Shown: positions 39,875 through 49,391 of the stretch, piece by piece
How the letters are laid out: every line of letters begins with the position of its first letter
Position numbering within the stretch: the first letter of the stretch is position 1
Assembly: GCA_934479825.1 (NCBI GenBank)
Contig: CAKSOW010000009.1
Coordinates: 18,338 to 82,337, forward strand
Source of the DNA: an uncultured Eubacteriales bacterium
GTDB taxonomy: Bacteria; Bacillota; Clostridia; Oscillospirales; CAG-382
Direction: 5' to 3'
DNA length: 64,000 nucleotides
Notes under the pieces: model-generated
The model's input: only the letters and a program-made list of their open reading frames with translations
Database searches by the model: none
What the model was told of the DNA's origin: nothing
Translations under genes and position numbers: made by a program

Positions 39875-40507
39875 TTACCGGCATCCGCTGCACAAGCAGT
39901 TCAAGCAAAGCATCGTCGTACATAAATCACCGCAGGAACAGCCGACGCAATCGGTTTCCGTTCCGGGCGAGGAACTCCATGAGCCGTACGAGACGCCTGC
40001 GGCTTTGTCGCGTGCCGCCCGGTATTCTAAATTATTCGGCTCCATGGCACAAGCACGCTCCAAGTAGGCGCGCCCGTCAAAGGCACGGCCGGTTGCGATT
40101 AACACGATCCCATACAAAAAGTTCCATTCCGCACCGCGATCGGCGGCCGGAATCGAATTTAAACGCGCACTTGCCTCCGGATAGTTTCCGGCGTTGATAC
40201 AACTGCGGATCATCGCGTAATCGGCCGCATGCGTTCCGTTATAGGATGTGCCGCCATATGAGCCGTAAGGGGACGAGCCATAGGAGTTTCCCGACTGCTT
40301 TCCGCCCGACGCGCGCATTTTCTGAATCTCGTCATAGGCTGCATTGATCTCCTGCATCTTTTCATTGGCAAGATCGGCAAGATCACTCCCGGCATACTTG
40401 TCCGGATGATATTTTTTGGCAAGCTCTCTGTATGCTTTTTTGATTTCTTCATCCGTGGCATTTTCCGAAACACCCAAAACGCTGTACGGATTTCTGTTTG
40501 AGTTCAA
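39875..40507 (-). CDS. J-domain protein with a Gly/Ser-rich linker, a TPR-like segment and a Cys-rich C-terminus
   Basis: NPYSVLGV...[14 protein letters not shown] (HPD motif). C-terminal [26 protein letters not shown] start with an AAGGAG RBS. Confidence 0.85.
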   Translation of the reverse strand: MNSNRNPYSVLGVSENATDEEIKKAYRELAKKYHPDKYAGSDLADLANEKMQEINAAYDEIQKMRASGGKQSGNSYGSSPYGSYGGTSYNGTHAADYAMIRSCINAGNYPEASARLNSIPAADRGAEWNFLYGIVLIATGRAFDGRAYLERACAMEPNNLEYRAARDKAAGVSYGSWSSSPGTETDCVGCSCGDLCTTMLCLNCLCSGCR

Positions 40508-40543
40508 TTCGTTTCTCCTTTTTTTTCGGATTCCCTGATTTTT

Positions 40544-41419
40544 TCATGAATGTCCTGTTTTTCCGGCTTTGCCGCTTGTTTTTCCGCATGCCAATTGCTC
40601 GGTCTTGCGGCGCATTCCCTCAAAAACGATGTGATAAACCAACGTTTTCACGTCCTCGTCGGCAAAATCGATAAGATCCAAAGCCTTTCCGATCGATACC
40701 AATTCTTCTTTCATCGCGCCGACAAAAGCGCGTCTGTCCTCGTTCGACAGGTTCTCACCATAAAGCCGCAAAATCGGATTATAGGATCCGGTCTTTTTGT
40801 CTTTTTCAAAATCGTCCAGCGCGTCCGCCGCATAGATCCAACGTCCGACATGGCGGCCAATCGAACCTGCAAGCGTTTTTCTTTCCGCGTCCAAGCCGAA
40901 CGAAAAACATTCGGCGCACAAAGCCCCGAAACAGTCAGCCGGCAGGTCAATGGAAGCGCATTCTTGCGTTTCATACGTCGAAAGCGAAGCAAGCTGTTTT
41001 TGCACACACTCAGTTAATACGTCAAGCCCGGCTCTTTTTTGAATATGCGCTGCAAAAGGCCGCGCCATACGGATAAATAGCTTTTTTGCACCGTGCGTGT
41101 CCGTTAAATCATCCGCCGTTTTGCCATAAAACAACAGCGCCGACACGCGCGCACTGTAATCAAGAGCCGCGTTCCGGTTCATTACCGGATGTTTGCCGAA
41201 CGGGTGCAGAATGCATCTCTGCGGTTCTACTTCATACGGCGCTTTTTCAAGTGCCATACGTACAAGCGCCAGAAACACCATGTCATATGACAGTGTCACA
41301 CGGGAACAAAATCCGGTACAGTGTCCCATGCTTTTGCATACGCCGCAGTAGACCGCGCGGTAAAACACATGGTGCTTCAACTTCAATTCCGGCGGGTATT
41401 CTCTCACATATCCGAACAT
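40544..41419 (-). CDS. Conserved hypothetical Cys-rich protein (probably DUF5685-type)
   Basis: AAAGGAA RBS before the ATG at 41419. MFGYVREYPPEL...YCGVCKSMGHCTGFCSR. The family name is from memory and unverified. Confidence 0.7.
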   Translation of the reverse strand: MFGYVREYPPELKLKHHVFYRAVYCGVCKSMGHCTGFCSRVTLSYDMVFLALVRMALEKAPYEVEPQRCILHPFGKHPVMNRNAALDYSARVSALLFYGKTADDLTDTHGAKKLFIRMARPFAAHIQKRAGLDVLTECVQKQLASLSTYETQECASIDLPADCFGALCAECFSFGLDAERKTLAGSIGRHVGRWIYAADALDDFEKDKKTGSYNPILRLYGENLSNEDRRAFVGAMKEELVSIGKALDLIDFADEDVKTLVYHIVFEGMRRKTEQLACGKTSGKAGKTGHS

Positions 41420-41441
41420 GCCCGGTTCCTTTCTTAAAAGG

Positions 41442-42260
41442 TCAGATTTCTTCGTCAGCCGCACGTTCGGCAAGTCTCGCGGCAAACATAGCGCAAACCG
41501 TCGCCGTCGGCAAAGAATACCGGACAGCGCTCCGCACATACGGAATATGCACGATCTTGTCCGCCGCCTCCATAAAACAAGGAGAAATACCGCGCTTTTC
41601 GCCGCCGATAAACAAAACAAACGGTTTTTTCGGCGAAAACGTATTCAACGGTTCGGAGTTTCCAGCCAGTGCGGAGCAAACAATCTCCACACCGTTTTCG
41701 CGAAAAATCCGCACCGCTTGCTCATCCTCCGGCAAATACGCCATTTCGCAAAGTTCGGTCGCGCCTGCCGATGCGCGCGCCGTGATTCCGGCCGCGCCCG
41801 ACCAATTCCGTTTCGGGAGCAAAAATCCCTTGCAGCCCATGGCATACAGCACGCGCACGGCATAGCCGAAATTGAACGGATCTTCAATGCCGTCCAAGCA
41901 CACAAAATAGTCGCCGTGCCGGGCATTGGCAAGCAATTCCTGCAAATCGCCGTATGAACGCTCCGACGTGAAAGCAATCACACCGCCGTGCGTGTGGCCG
42001 GCATCCGCCCCCGAACGGTTACGCACAAGCGCGTCGATTTCATCACGCGGCGCCAGCGTAAACGGCACACCGCTTTTTTTTAAATAGGCCAAAAGCGCGA
42101 TGATCTTCCGGTCGCGCTTTTCTTTTTTATTCCGGTCAATATAAACCGTCCCAATCTTGCGCTTTTGCCCTTCAATTGCGGCACGTACCGAGATTTCTCC
42201 CTCCAACAGGCAAGGATACGCGTTTTCAGGCCCCAAAACGACCTCCGTTTTTTCCGTCAT
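41442..42260 (-). CDS. TrmH/SpoU family RNA 2'-O-methyltransferase (RlmB-like)
   Basis: SpoU motifs LDGIEDPFNFG, FIGGEKRGIS and IPY...SLP. The start overlaps the upstream stop in an ATGA. Confidence 0.85.
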   Translation of the reverse strand: MTEKTEVVLGPENAYPCLLEGEISVRAAIEGQKRKIGTVYIDRNKKEKRDRKIIALLAYLKKSGVPFTLAPRDEIDALVRNRSGADAGHTHGGVIAFTSERSYGDLQELLANARHGDYFVCLDGIEDPFNFGYAVRVLYAMGCKGFLLPKRNWSGAAGITARASAGATELCEMAYLPEDEQAVRIFRENGVEIVCSALAGNSEPLNTFSPKKPFVLFIGGEKRGISPCFMEAADKIVHIPYVRSAVRYSLPTATVCAMFAARLAERAADEEI

Positions 42261-43180
42261 GCGGCGTCACTCGTGCCTGCCGCACCGGTATCAGACGTTT
42301 CGGGAGAAGCGGTTTGCGTATCGCCGGTTTCGGCAATCTGACCGCCGGCAAACGTTCCGGTATACGGCGCTTTGCCGTTGCCGAAATCGTAGGTTCCCTC
42401 ACCCTCCATCACGTCGCTTACCCATGCGCCGTCGTAGCTTTGGCCGGACGCCCAGGTATATTTTCCGTTTCCGTTGCGTTTCCCGTTCAAATAATCGCCG
42501 ACATAGCTATCGCCGTTGGAAAATGAAAACTTATTCTTGCCGGTATACACCATACCGTTTTCCAGCGTCACGGTAATTTCCGACGAGCCGGTACGTTTAT
42601 CATCAACAAAAGCGCCATAGTAATACGAACCGTCGGGATAATGCTCTTCGCCGACGCCGTTACGCTTGCCGTCCGCCCAATCGCCGTAGTAATACGACCC
42701 GTCCGCAAAGACATACTTGCCTTTTCCGTTGGGCTTGCCGTCCGAGACCGCACCGGTATAGACTGCACCGGAGGTACTGGTAAAGACAGCCTCACCCGTC
42801 AGTTTATCCGCCGCAAAATCACCCTCGTACTTGTCGCCGTTCTTGTAGGTAATCACACCTTTTCCCTCTCGTGCAACGCCGTTTAAACTGCCCTCGAACA
42901 CGTCTCCGGTGCTGTAAACGATTTTACCGAGCGCGGAGTTCTCGTCCTTGGTCAGCTTTCCGCTTATGCCGTCAGAATAATGAACCGTGCCGTCGGTCGG
43001 CTGTCCGTTCTTGACATGCCCCGAAAATTTGACACCATCCTTGGTGATATAGCGATAACCGCTTGCAAGCAGAATAATCCCGGCAAGCGCGATAAGGGCA
43101 AGCGCTGTCATAAGCGTCAGTGCAAGCGGGCTTACCCGTCTTTTTCTTCTGCGCACGACGCGCGTGTTCTGGCTTTGCAT
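42257..43180 (-). CDS. Membrane-anchored MORN-repeat protein
   Basis: N-terminal TM helix followed by repeated Y-x-G-x-W/F-x-x-G-K-x-x-G units. AAGGAG lies 8 nt before the ATG at 43180. Confidence 0.8.
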   Translation of the reverse strand: MQSQNTRVVRRRKRRVSPLALTLMTALALIALAGIILLASGYRYITKDGVKFSGHVKNGQPTDGTVHYSDGISGKLTKDENSALGKIVYSTGDVFEGSLNGVAREGKGVITYKNGDKYEGDFAADKLTGEAVFTSTSGAVYTGAVSDGKPNGKGKYVFADGSYYYGDWADGKRNGVGEEHYPDGSYYYGAFVDDKRTGSSEITVTLENGMVYTGKNKFSFSNGDSYVGDYLNGKRNGNGKYTWASGQSYDGAWVSDVMEGEGTYDFGNGKAPYTGTFAGGQIAETGDTQTASPETSDTGAAGTSDAA

Positions 43181-43223
43181 ATCCATAACTCCTTCTTATG
43201 TAGATTTACCTGATTTTTCTGTA

Positions 43224-43976
43224 TTATGTGTTGGAATCAGAGCCGTTTTCCGGCGTTTCGGATTTTCCGTTTTCCGGGTTCTCGGAATCAGTTGCGTCAG
43301 CCATATCCTTGCTTTCCGCCGAGCCGGAACCGTCTTGTCCGTTTCCTGCGTTCTCCGGATTTTCTGCATTCTCCGCGTTTTTTTCTTCCTGTGCCAGACG
43401 TTCTTGTTCTTCACGGTTCAATTGCTCTTGTTCATTCAAAAGCGAATCGTCCCGTTCCGTGGTGCCGTAAGGCTCTTTTTTAGAATCGGAGCTTATCAGA
43501 TCCCCTGCCCAGTTCCCCAAGAAACGGACAACCCCCGACGCCGCAAAAGCCGCGGCTGTCAGAAGAACAATAAGTCCCGCCATTTTCACAAGCGGCACGC
43601 GTTCCGCATAATGCTTTTCAAAGCTTTTGGTGCGGTTCTCAGCCGGAAGAAAATAAGAAACCTCCGGTTTTTCCGCAAACAACAGCTCTTTGTCCGCCGG
43701 ATCCGTTTTTTCCTGCGGCGCATATTTGACAAGAGCACGAGCAAGCGGCGAACCGCCGTTTGCCAAGACTCGTACCAAGGCCATAAGAGCCGCATTCCGA
43801 TAACCGAGCTGCTTTAAGGTCTTGGCAGTCTCCGGCGTGTCCGCACCGGCATTCGACAAGCGCTTGACCAGGCGCGAAAGCACGGTCTGCACCAAAAAAG
43901 TATAAACAATTGCCGCAAGAATGGCAAAAAAGACTGCCCACACAAAGGCTTCTATGGTTTGTTCCGTCACAGGCAT
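43224..43976 (-). CDS. Hypothetical membrane protein with an acidic, low-complexity C-terminus
   Basis: Two hydrophobic helices. Tail EEQERLAQEEKNAENAENPENAGNG. No recognisable domain. Confidence 0.65.
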   Translation of the reverse strand: MPVTEQTIEAFVWAVFFAILAAIVYTFLVQTVLSRLVKRLSNAGADTPETAKTLKQLGYRNAALMALVRVLANGGSPLARALVKYAPQEKTDPADKELLFAEKPEVSYFLPAENRTKSFEKHYAERVPLVKMAGLIVLLTAAAFAASGVVRFLGNWAGDLISSDSKKEPYGTTERDDSLLNEQEQLNREEQERLAQEEKNAENAENPENAGNGQDGSGSAESKDMADATDSENPENGKSETPENGSDSNT

Positions 43977-44009
43977 TTTCCTTTCTTAATAATACGCCGG
44001 GAAAGCCGG

Positions 44010-44969
44010 TCAGTCCTTGAACTCATCGAAAATATCGTTTCCGGCCAACTGTTTCAAAAGCGTTTCTAAATCCTCGTTGTTATAGTATTCGATTTCTATA
44101 CGGCCTGCACCCTTTTTGCGGCCGTTTGCGGAAATCACGGTTTTGCGACCGAGTTTTCCGGTCAGTTTTTCCTGCAATTTTTCCATGTAGATCTTCAATT
44201 CCGCCCGTTGAGCACGCTTTTCATCCTGCAACGCACCCTTTTCCCTGCGAATTAACAGATTTTTGACGTATTTTTCGGTATCGCGCACCGATAGCTGTTT
44301 GGCAAGCACCACATCCAGCGCGTCGTTGATGGCCTCTTCACTGCCAAGCGGCAGCAAAGTGCGCGCATGTCCCGGCGTGATATCGCCGGTCGCCAAAAAA
44401 TCAAGGACATTGGACGGCAATGTGAGAAGCCGCAAGGAGTTTGTGAGATTCGGACGGGAAATACCGACGATCCGCGCCGTTTCCTCTTGCGTCAGTCCGA
44501 ATTCGTCGATCAGGCGCTTTAAGCCGCGCGCTACTTCCACCGGGTTCAGATCCTCACGCTGTAAGTTCTCAACGAGCATGACCGCGCTCGCTTCGGTGTC
44601 GCTTAACTCTTTCACCACGACCGGCACTTCGGTAAGACCGGCCATTTTGGAGGCGCGCCAGCGGCGTTCACCCGAAATGATGCGATATTTTCCCCTTAGC
44701 AGCTCTTTTGTGCTCTCGCTGTCGTCGGGACGGGCGGCACTGCGCACCACCAGCGGCTGCAATACGCCATGCGCCGCAATGGAATCGGCAAGCGCCTGCA
44801 AAGCCTCTTGATCAAAGGTCTTGCGCGGTTGGTCGCGATCCGGCTCTATATCCGAAAGACGCACCGTCGAAACGGTTGTCGGGTCAGCCGGCGCCGACCA
44901 TTCGCCGATACCGGTCTCCGTAAAGATTTTATCCAGTCCCTTTCCGAGACCACCGAACTTTTTCGCCAT
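44010..44969 (-). CDS. parB: ParB/Spo0J family partition protein
   Basis: ParB box IISGERRWRASKMAGL, LVENLQREDLNPVE, and a helix-turn-helix (QEETARIVGISRPNLTN). Confidence 0.9.
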   Translation of the reverse strand: MAKKFGGLGKGLDKIFTETGIGEWSAPADPTTVSTVRLSDIEPDRDQPRKTFDQEALQALADSIAAHGVLQPLVVRSAARPDDSESTKELLRGKYRIISGERRWRASKMAGLTEVPVVVKELSDTEASAVMLVENLQREDLNPVEVARGLKRLIDEFGLTQEETARIVGISRPNLTNSLRLLTLPSNVLDFLATGDITPGHARTLLPLGSEEAINDALDVVLAKQLSVRDTEKYVKNLLIRREKGALQDEKRAQRAELKIYMEKLQEKLTGKLGRKTVISANGRKKGAGRIEIEYYNNEDLETLLKQLAGNDIFDEFKD

Positions 44970-45033
44970 GAAAATGTCCTTTCTTTGGCTTTTGGCCTTT
45001 ATTGTGTCGCATATACTTTATGCGTTTTCTATC

Positions 45034-46440
45034 TTAAAATTGGAAATACAAAAACGGACTGTAACTGTTTCCGGCAAGCATGGCCGTGCAGACCGCAAGA
45101 ATCGCCAAAAGGCAGCATCCGCGGATGACACTTACCGTGAAAGTCATAAAGGCAGAACGTCTTTCAAGGCGTTCCGCAAGTCTTTTCAACCCTTGCGAAA
45201 CCGGCGCGCACAGCAAGACGGCAAGAACAATAAAGAAAATATGATTCATGAACGTCACCGAAAAATCGGTATCCATCAGTATTTTACCGTCAAACATCGC
45301 GCCTAAATACGAAAACGCGCGCCGGATATCTTTAAAGTAGAAGAATACAAACCCGATATCCGCCACAAGAATCAGGTAGATGTGCCGGATAAAGGCCGGA
45401 ATTTTCTCAAACGGCGTTTTAAACAGACGCTCCAACGCAATGAAAAAGCCGTTGTACAAGCCCCAGAGAATGAAATTCCAGCTGGCGCCGTGCCAGAAAC
45501 CGGTCAAGAACCACACGACAAACAGATTGAAAAAAACATGTTTCCGGTTGCCGCCAAGCGGAATATACACATAATCGCGGAAAAAGCCGCCGAGCGTCAT
45601 ATGCCATCTGCGCCAGAATTCCGATACCGATTTTGAAATATAAGGATAGTTGAAGTTCTCCGGGAATCGGAATCCAAACATTTTTCCAAGCCCGATTGCC
45701 ATGTCGCTGTAACCCGAAAAATCAAAATACAGCTGTATGATATACATAAAACTGCCAAGCCATGCGGCAAGTATCGGCAGAGACGCCGGATCTGCCTCCA
45801 TGTATTTTTTGACAAGCACGCTCGCCGTATCCGCCAAAACCACTTTTTTAGCAAGTCCGCAGATAAAGCGCTGCATGCCGGCATAGGCCGCCGAAACCGA
45901 ATGACTGCGCACCCCGATCTCTTTTTGTACATCGGAATAACGCACGATCGGTCCGGCCACTAACTGGAAATACATGGATAAATACAGAAGATAGGAAGAA
46001 AACCGCGGCTGTGCCTTACAGTCGCCACGGTACACATCAATGACATAGGTAAGCGTCTGGAACGTGTAGAAAGAGATCCCGATGGGAAGTTCAAAATCCG
46101 GAACCGGCAACGCCGATTTGAAAAGGAAATTGATATTTTCCGCAAAAAAGCCGGTATATTTGAACAGCACAAACACGCCGATATCAAAAACTAACGACGC
46201 GGCAAAAGCCGCTTTGGCTTTCCATGTTCCGCGGTACTTTTCAACGCGGCGCGCATTGCGCCAATCGCACCAAGCCGTAAACACGAGCAACAGCATCCAT
46301 GCCGGACGTCCCCATGCGTAAAAAACGAGGGAAAAGACAAGGAGCGCGGTATTTTTTGCGCCGGTCGATCTGGAAAAAAAGTATATTATTAAATTGAGCG
46401 GTAAAAATAGGTAAAGGAAAATGAGACTGGCAAAAATCAT
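45034..46440 (-). CDS. MBOAT family O-acyltransferase (AlgI/DltB-like)
   Basis: Polytopic membrane protein. FWRRWHMTL and the conserved His region FLTGFWHGASWNF. Confidence 0.9.
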   Translation of the reverse strand: MIFASLIFLYLFLPLNLIIYFFSRSTGAKNTALLVFSLVFYAWGRPAWMLLLVFTAWCDWRNARRVEKYRGTWKAKAAFAASLVFDIGVFVLFKYTGFFAENINFLFKSALPVPDFELPIGISFYTFQTLTYVIDVYRGDCKAQPRFSSYLLYLSMYFQLVAGPIVRYSDVQKEIGVRSHSVSAAYAGMQRFICGLAKKVVLADTASVLVKKYMEADPASLPILAAWLGSFMYIIQLYFDFSGYSDMAIGLGKMFGFRFPENFNYPYISKSVSEFWRRWHMTLGGFFRDYVYIPLGGNRKHVFFNLFVVWFLTGFWHGASWNFILWGLYNGFFIALERLFKTPFEKIPAFIRHIYLILVADIGFVFFYFKDIRRAFSYLGAMFDGKILMDTDFSVTFMNHIFFIVLAVLLCAPVSQGLKRLAERLERRSAFMTFTVSVIRGCCLLAILAVCTAMLAGNSYSPFLYFQF

Positions 46441-46493
46441 GTCGAAACCTCAAATTTCAGGATAAAACCAGGTGAAAACGAAAGGAAATGAAA

Positions 46494-46952
46494 ATGGATA
46501 AACGAAAATTCAACGAAGCCGATAAAAAAGAATACCGTGCCTATGCCGAAAGTCATGCGCCGTCCTCCGCGCTCGGAAAAGATATGTTCTTCGCCTTTGT
46601 TTCGGGCGGTCTTATCTGCATGCTTGGACAGGCGGCCGGAGACCTTGCCAAGGGGCTTGGCGTAAACGAAGAAAACGTAAAGAGCGTCATTCCCGTAACT
46701 CTTATTTTCTTATCCTGCCTGTTCACGGCAATCGGTGTCTATGACAAGATCGCCGCCGTCTGCAAGGCCGGTACGCTTGTCCCGATCACCGGGTTTGCCA
46801 ATGCCGTCTGTTCGCCTGCCATCGATGCCAAAAGCGAGGGCTTCGTTCTCGGCGTGGGAGCAAAAATGTTCACCATTGCCGGTCCGGTTATAGTATACGG
46901 AAGTGTTGTTTCCGTGCTTTGGGGAATTATTTATTTTTTCATGAACAGGTAA
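46494..46952 (+). CDS. spoVAC: Stage V sporulation protein AC
   Basis: FVSGGLICMLGQ, VPITGFANAV, GAKMFTIAGPVIVYG. AAAGGAA lies 7 nt before the ATG at 46494. Confidence 0.88.
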   Translation: MDKRKFNEADKKEYRAYAESHAPSSALGKDMFFAFVSGGLICMLGQAAGDLAKGLGVNEENVKSVIPVTLIFLSCLFTAIGVYDKIAAVCKAGTLVPITGFANAVCSPAIDAKSEGFVLGVGAKMFTIAGPVIVYGSVVSVLWGIIYFFMNR

Positions 46953-47022
46953 ATAATTTTCGTGGGCACGCCGCTTATCGTAACTTTGCAGCGCCTTAAA
47001 ACGCGGCGAAACAGCGCGGCGT

Positions 47023-47649
47023 TTACAGAATCAGCTCGTCAAGGTCAATGGCGGCACTGGAATCAAACTTGTTTCTTGCATTTAAAACTTTTTCTTTGCC
47101 GCAGACCTTGCAGACAACGTGTACCGAATCATAATCGATAAGCACCTTGACCGCATGGCTTCCGCACTCGCCGCAGGTGATCTTTTTCTGCTGTGCCAAC
47201 CCTTCAAGAGCAAACAGAACCTCTCTTATCACGTTGGTATCCGCCGTAAGCATATCCGACTGTACTTCGGCGGTTTCATCGTCCTTCGCGTCCGCTAACA
47301 GATCCATGATGATCGATTCCGTGCGGTCAAGCTCTTCTTCCACCTTGTCATCGTCGCCGATAAAACAGATGTCCAATCCCGAATACGAGCAGGAAAGCAA
47401 GAAAATGTCCTTTTCAAAGAACATTTCCGCCGACACGGTATACGGATGCGGATGCGGACAGACAAGGCACGGAACAAGCAGCCGCACTTTCCGGTCGCGG
47501 CTCATGGACATTTCAAGGGCGGATTTATGACATTCAATGCATTCTAACTTAAAGCCGCCTGCCAACATAAAAAGATTGACATTTGCGGAAATGATACTTC
47601 CGCAATAAGGGCAGCGGTAAGCAATTTTGGTAGACTGTTCTGTTTTCAT
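47023..47649 (-). CDS. Hypothetical double zinc-ribbon protein
   Basis: CPYCGS...CIECH and CGECGS...CKVCG pairs. No known family recognised. Confidence 0.6.
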   Translation of the reverse strand: MKTEQSTKIAYRCPYCGSIISANVNLFMLAGGFKLECIECHKSALEMSMSRDRKVRLLVPCLVCPHPHPYTVSAEMFFEKDIFLLSCSYSGLDICFIGDDDKVEEELDRTESIIMDLLADAKDDETAEVQSDMLTADTNVIREVLFALEGLAQQKKITCGECGSHAVKVLIDYDSVHVVCKVCGKEKVLNARNKFDSSAAIDLDELIL

Positions 47650-47678
47650 ATGTTTTCTCTCTTTACTGTTTTAGTTTT

Positions 47679-48530
47679 TTATTCTGTATAGCGCCGCCGG
47701 TAAAACAGGATCTGTTGTGCAATTCCGGCATACGGCCCGGAAAGCGGCGGTGTAAGACCGTCCGGATAGTATTCCTCCAACGCGCGTTTCACCCAGACAT
47801 CTACCGGAAAAGCGTCATGCCGCGCAAAGCCGAATAACAGCGTACAGGCCGCCACCTTGTTGCCGACGCCCTTGATCTGTTTGAGTTTTTCCGCAGCCTC
47901 CGGCGTGGTAAGTCCTGCCGTTTCGGTTAAAAAAAACGGGTTTTCACTGACCGTCCGCGCCGCGTCATACAGATATCCGGCGCGAAAACCGGTCTTTAGG
48001 GCATACAAAGCGTCCGTTCCTGCTTTTTTCAGGGCTTGTGCTGTCGGAAACGTATAAAACGGTTGTCCGTTTTCGGATGTATAGACTTTTTCCCCATAGG
48101 TTTCACTCAAAGTCCGGATAATCTTCCCGATACGCGGAATGTTGTTATTCTGACTGATGATAAAAGAACACAGCGCCTCCCATGGCTCTTGCCGCAGGAT
48201 CCGTATGCCGTGCGAAAGTTTTGCCGCACGCATAAGAACAGGATCGCCGCAAAAGGTCTGCAAAACTGCGTCATAGTCGGTCTGAATATCGAAATAGCGC
48301 AAAACAAAAGCGTCATCGCGCGTTCCGGTATACCGAGCTGTCACGGTGTCAGCCTGTTGGCTCACACACAGGTAGCGGCCATAGGCCACGCCCTCAAAGG
48401 CGCATCCGACAGAAACCGTATCGGAAAACGTACACGGTGCAAAGCGGAAGCTCTGACCGCAATCAAAAATTTTAGCAAGATCAAATTGCGCCGGCCGCGC
48501 AAAAATAAACTCATTCATAACAGAATACAC
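47679..48530 (-). CDS. ogg: 8-Oxoguanine DNA glycosylase / DNA lyase (HhH-GPD, Ogg type)
   Basis: HhH-GPD motif IKGVGNKVAACTLLFGF...FPVDVWV with the catalytic Lys and Asp. An alternative ATG start lies at 48518. Confidence 0.85.
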   Translation of the reverse strand: MYSVMNEFIFARPAQFDLAKIFDCGQSFRFAPCTFSDTVSVGCAFEGVAYGRYLCVSQQADTVTARYTGTRDDAFVLRYFDIQTDYDAVLQTFCGDPVLMRAAKLSHGIRILRQEPWEALCSFIISQNNNIPRIGKIIRTLSETYGEKVYTSENGQPFYTFPTAQALKKAGTDALYALKTGFRAGYLYDAARTVSENPFFLTETAGLTTPEAAEKLKQIKGVGNKVAACTLLFGFARHDAFPVDVWVKRALEEYYPDGLTPPLSGPYAGIAQQILFYRRRYTE

Positions 48531-48604
48531 CCGTTTGTCTCAGAAAGCGGCTTGATTTTTCTTCCGGAATATGGTATGATACCCATAGAAAACCGAAAGG
48601 ACTG

Positions 48605-49303
48605 TTGATAACTGTGGAAGAAAAAATATATACCATACCGGTCACCGAAGCGTTTGAGAAAAAGGACGGCTGTCCGTTCTGCCGTCTGCGAAATGATTTG
48701 GAGAACACCGAACGCGACCTCATTATGGGCGCGTCCATGATGGAACCGGATATCCGCATAAAAACCAACGCACTCGGCTTTTGCCGCAGGCACTACAAGA
48801 AAATGTTCGACTTGAACAACCGGCTAAGCCTTGCTCTCATGCTCGAAAGTCATTTGAAAGAGCAATCCGACAAGGTTTCGGTCTGCAAAAAAACGCTGTT
48901 CGGAAAAGATGTAAACGCCAAAAGCATCGATAACATGAAGGCGCTTTCCGGAAGCTGCTACATCTGCGAGCGCGTAAAAGAAAAATACGCCAAAATGGTC
49001 TATACCGCCGTTCTTTTATGGCAAAAACAGCCGGAATTCCGCGCGTTTACCGCCGAACAACCCTATTTCTGTCTGCCGCACGCCTCCGAATTTCTCGAAA
49101 CAGCCAAATTGAAACTCGACAAAAAGAGCTTTGCCGCGTTCGGCGCCTCGCTCGACGCCGTGCAGAGCGCCTACATGAGTTCACTCACCGAGGACGTTTC
49201 CTGGTTCTGCAAAAAATTCGACTATCGCTATGAAAATGAACCGTGGGGCAATGCCAAGGATTCGGTGGAACGCGCCATTAAATTTCTTGCCGGAGAGGAA
49301 TGA
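48605..49303 (+). CDS. Conserved hypothetical Cys-motif protein (probably DUF6062-type)
   Basis: IYTIPVTEAFEKKDGCPFCRL...GFCRRHY...CYICE. TTG start. The family name is from memory and unverified. Confidence 0.65.
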   Translation: MITVEEKIYTIPVTEAFEKKDGCPFCRLRNDLENTERDLIMGASMMEPDIRIKTNALGFCRRHYKKMFDLNNRLSLALMLESHLKEQSDKVSVCKKTLFGKDVNAKSIDNMKALSGSCYICERVKEKYAKMVYTAVLLWQKQPEFRAFTAEQPYFCLPHASEFLETAKLKLDKKSFAAFGASLDAVQSAYMSSLTEDVSWFCKKFDYRYENEPWGNAKDSVERAIKFLAGEE

Positions 49304-49391
49304 GCTCCGACTGTTTCAGTTCACACCACGATAACCGCAAAACCGTTTCTTTTCGCCGAAACCGACGTTTTTCCGTCTGTTTCGGCGTATT

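Noticed and set aside
41086-41957. 259-aa and 179-aa plus-strand ORFs
   Set aside because: They are antisense to the DUF5685-type and TrmH genes, and they are Arg/Ser/Ala-rich, which is typical of antisense frames.
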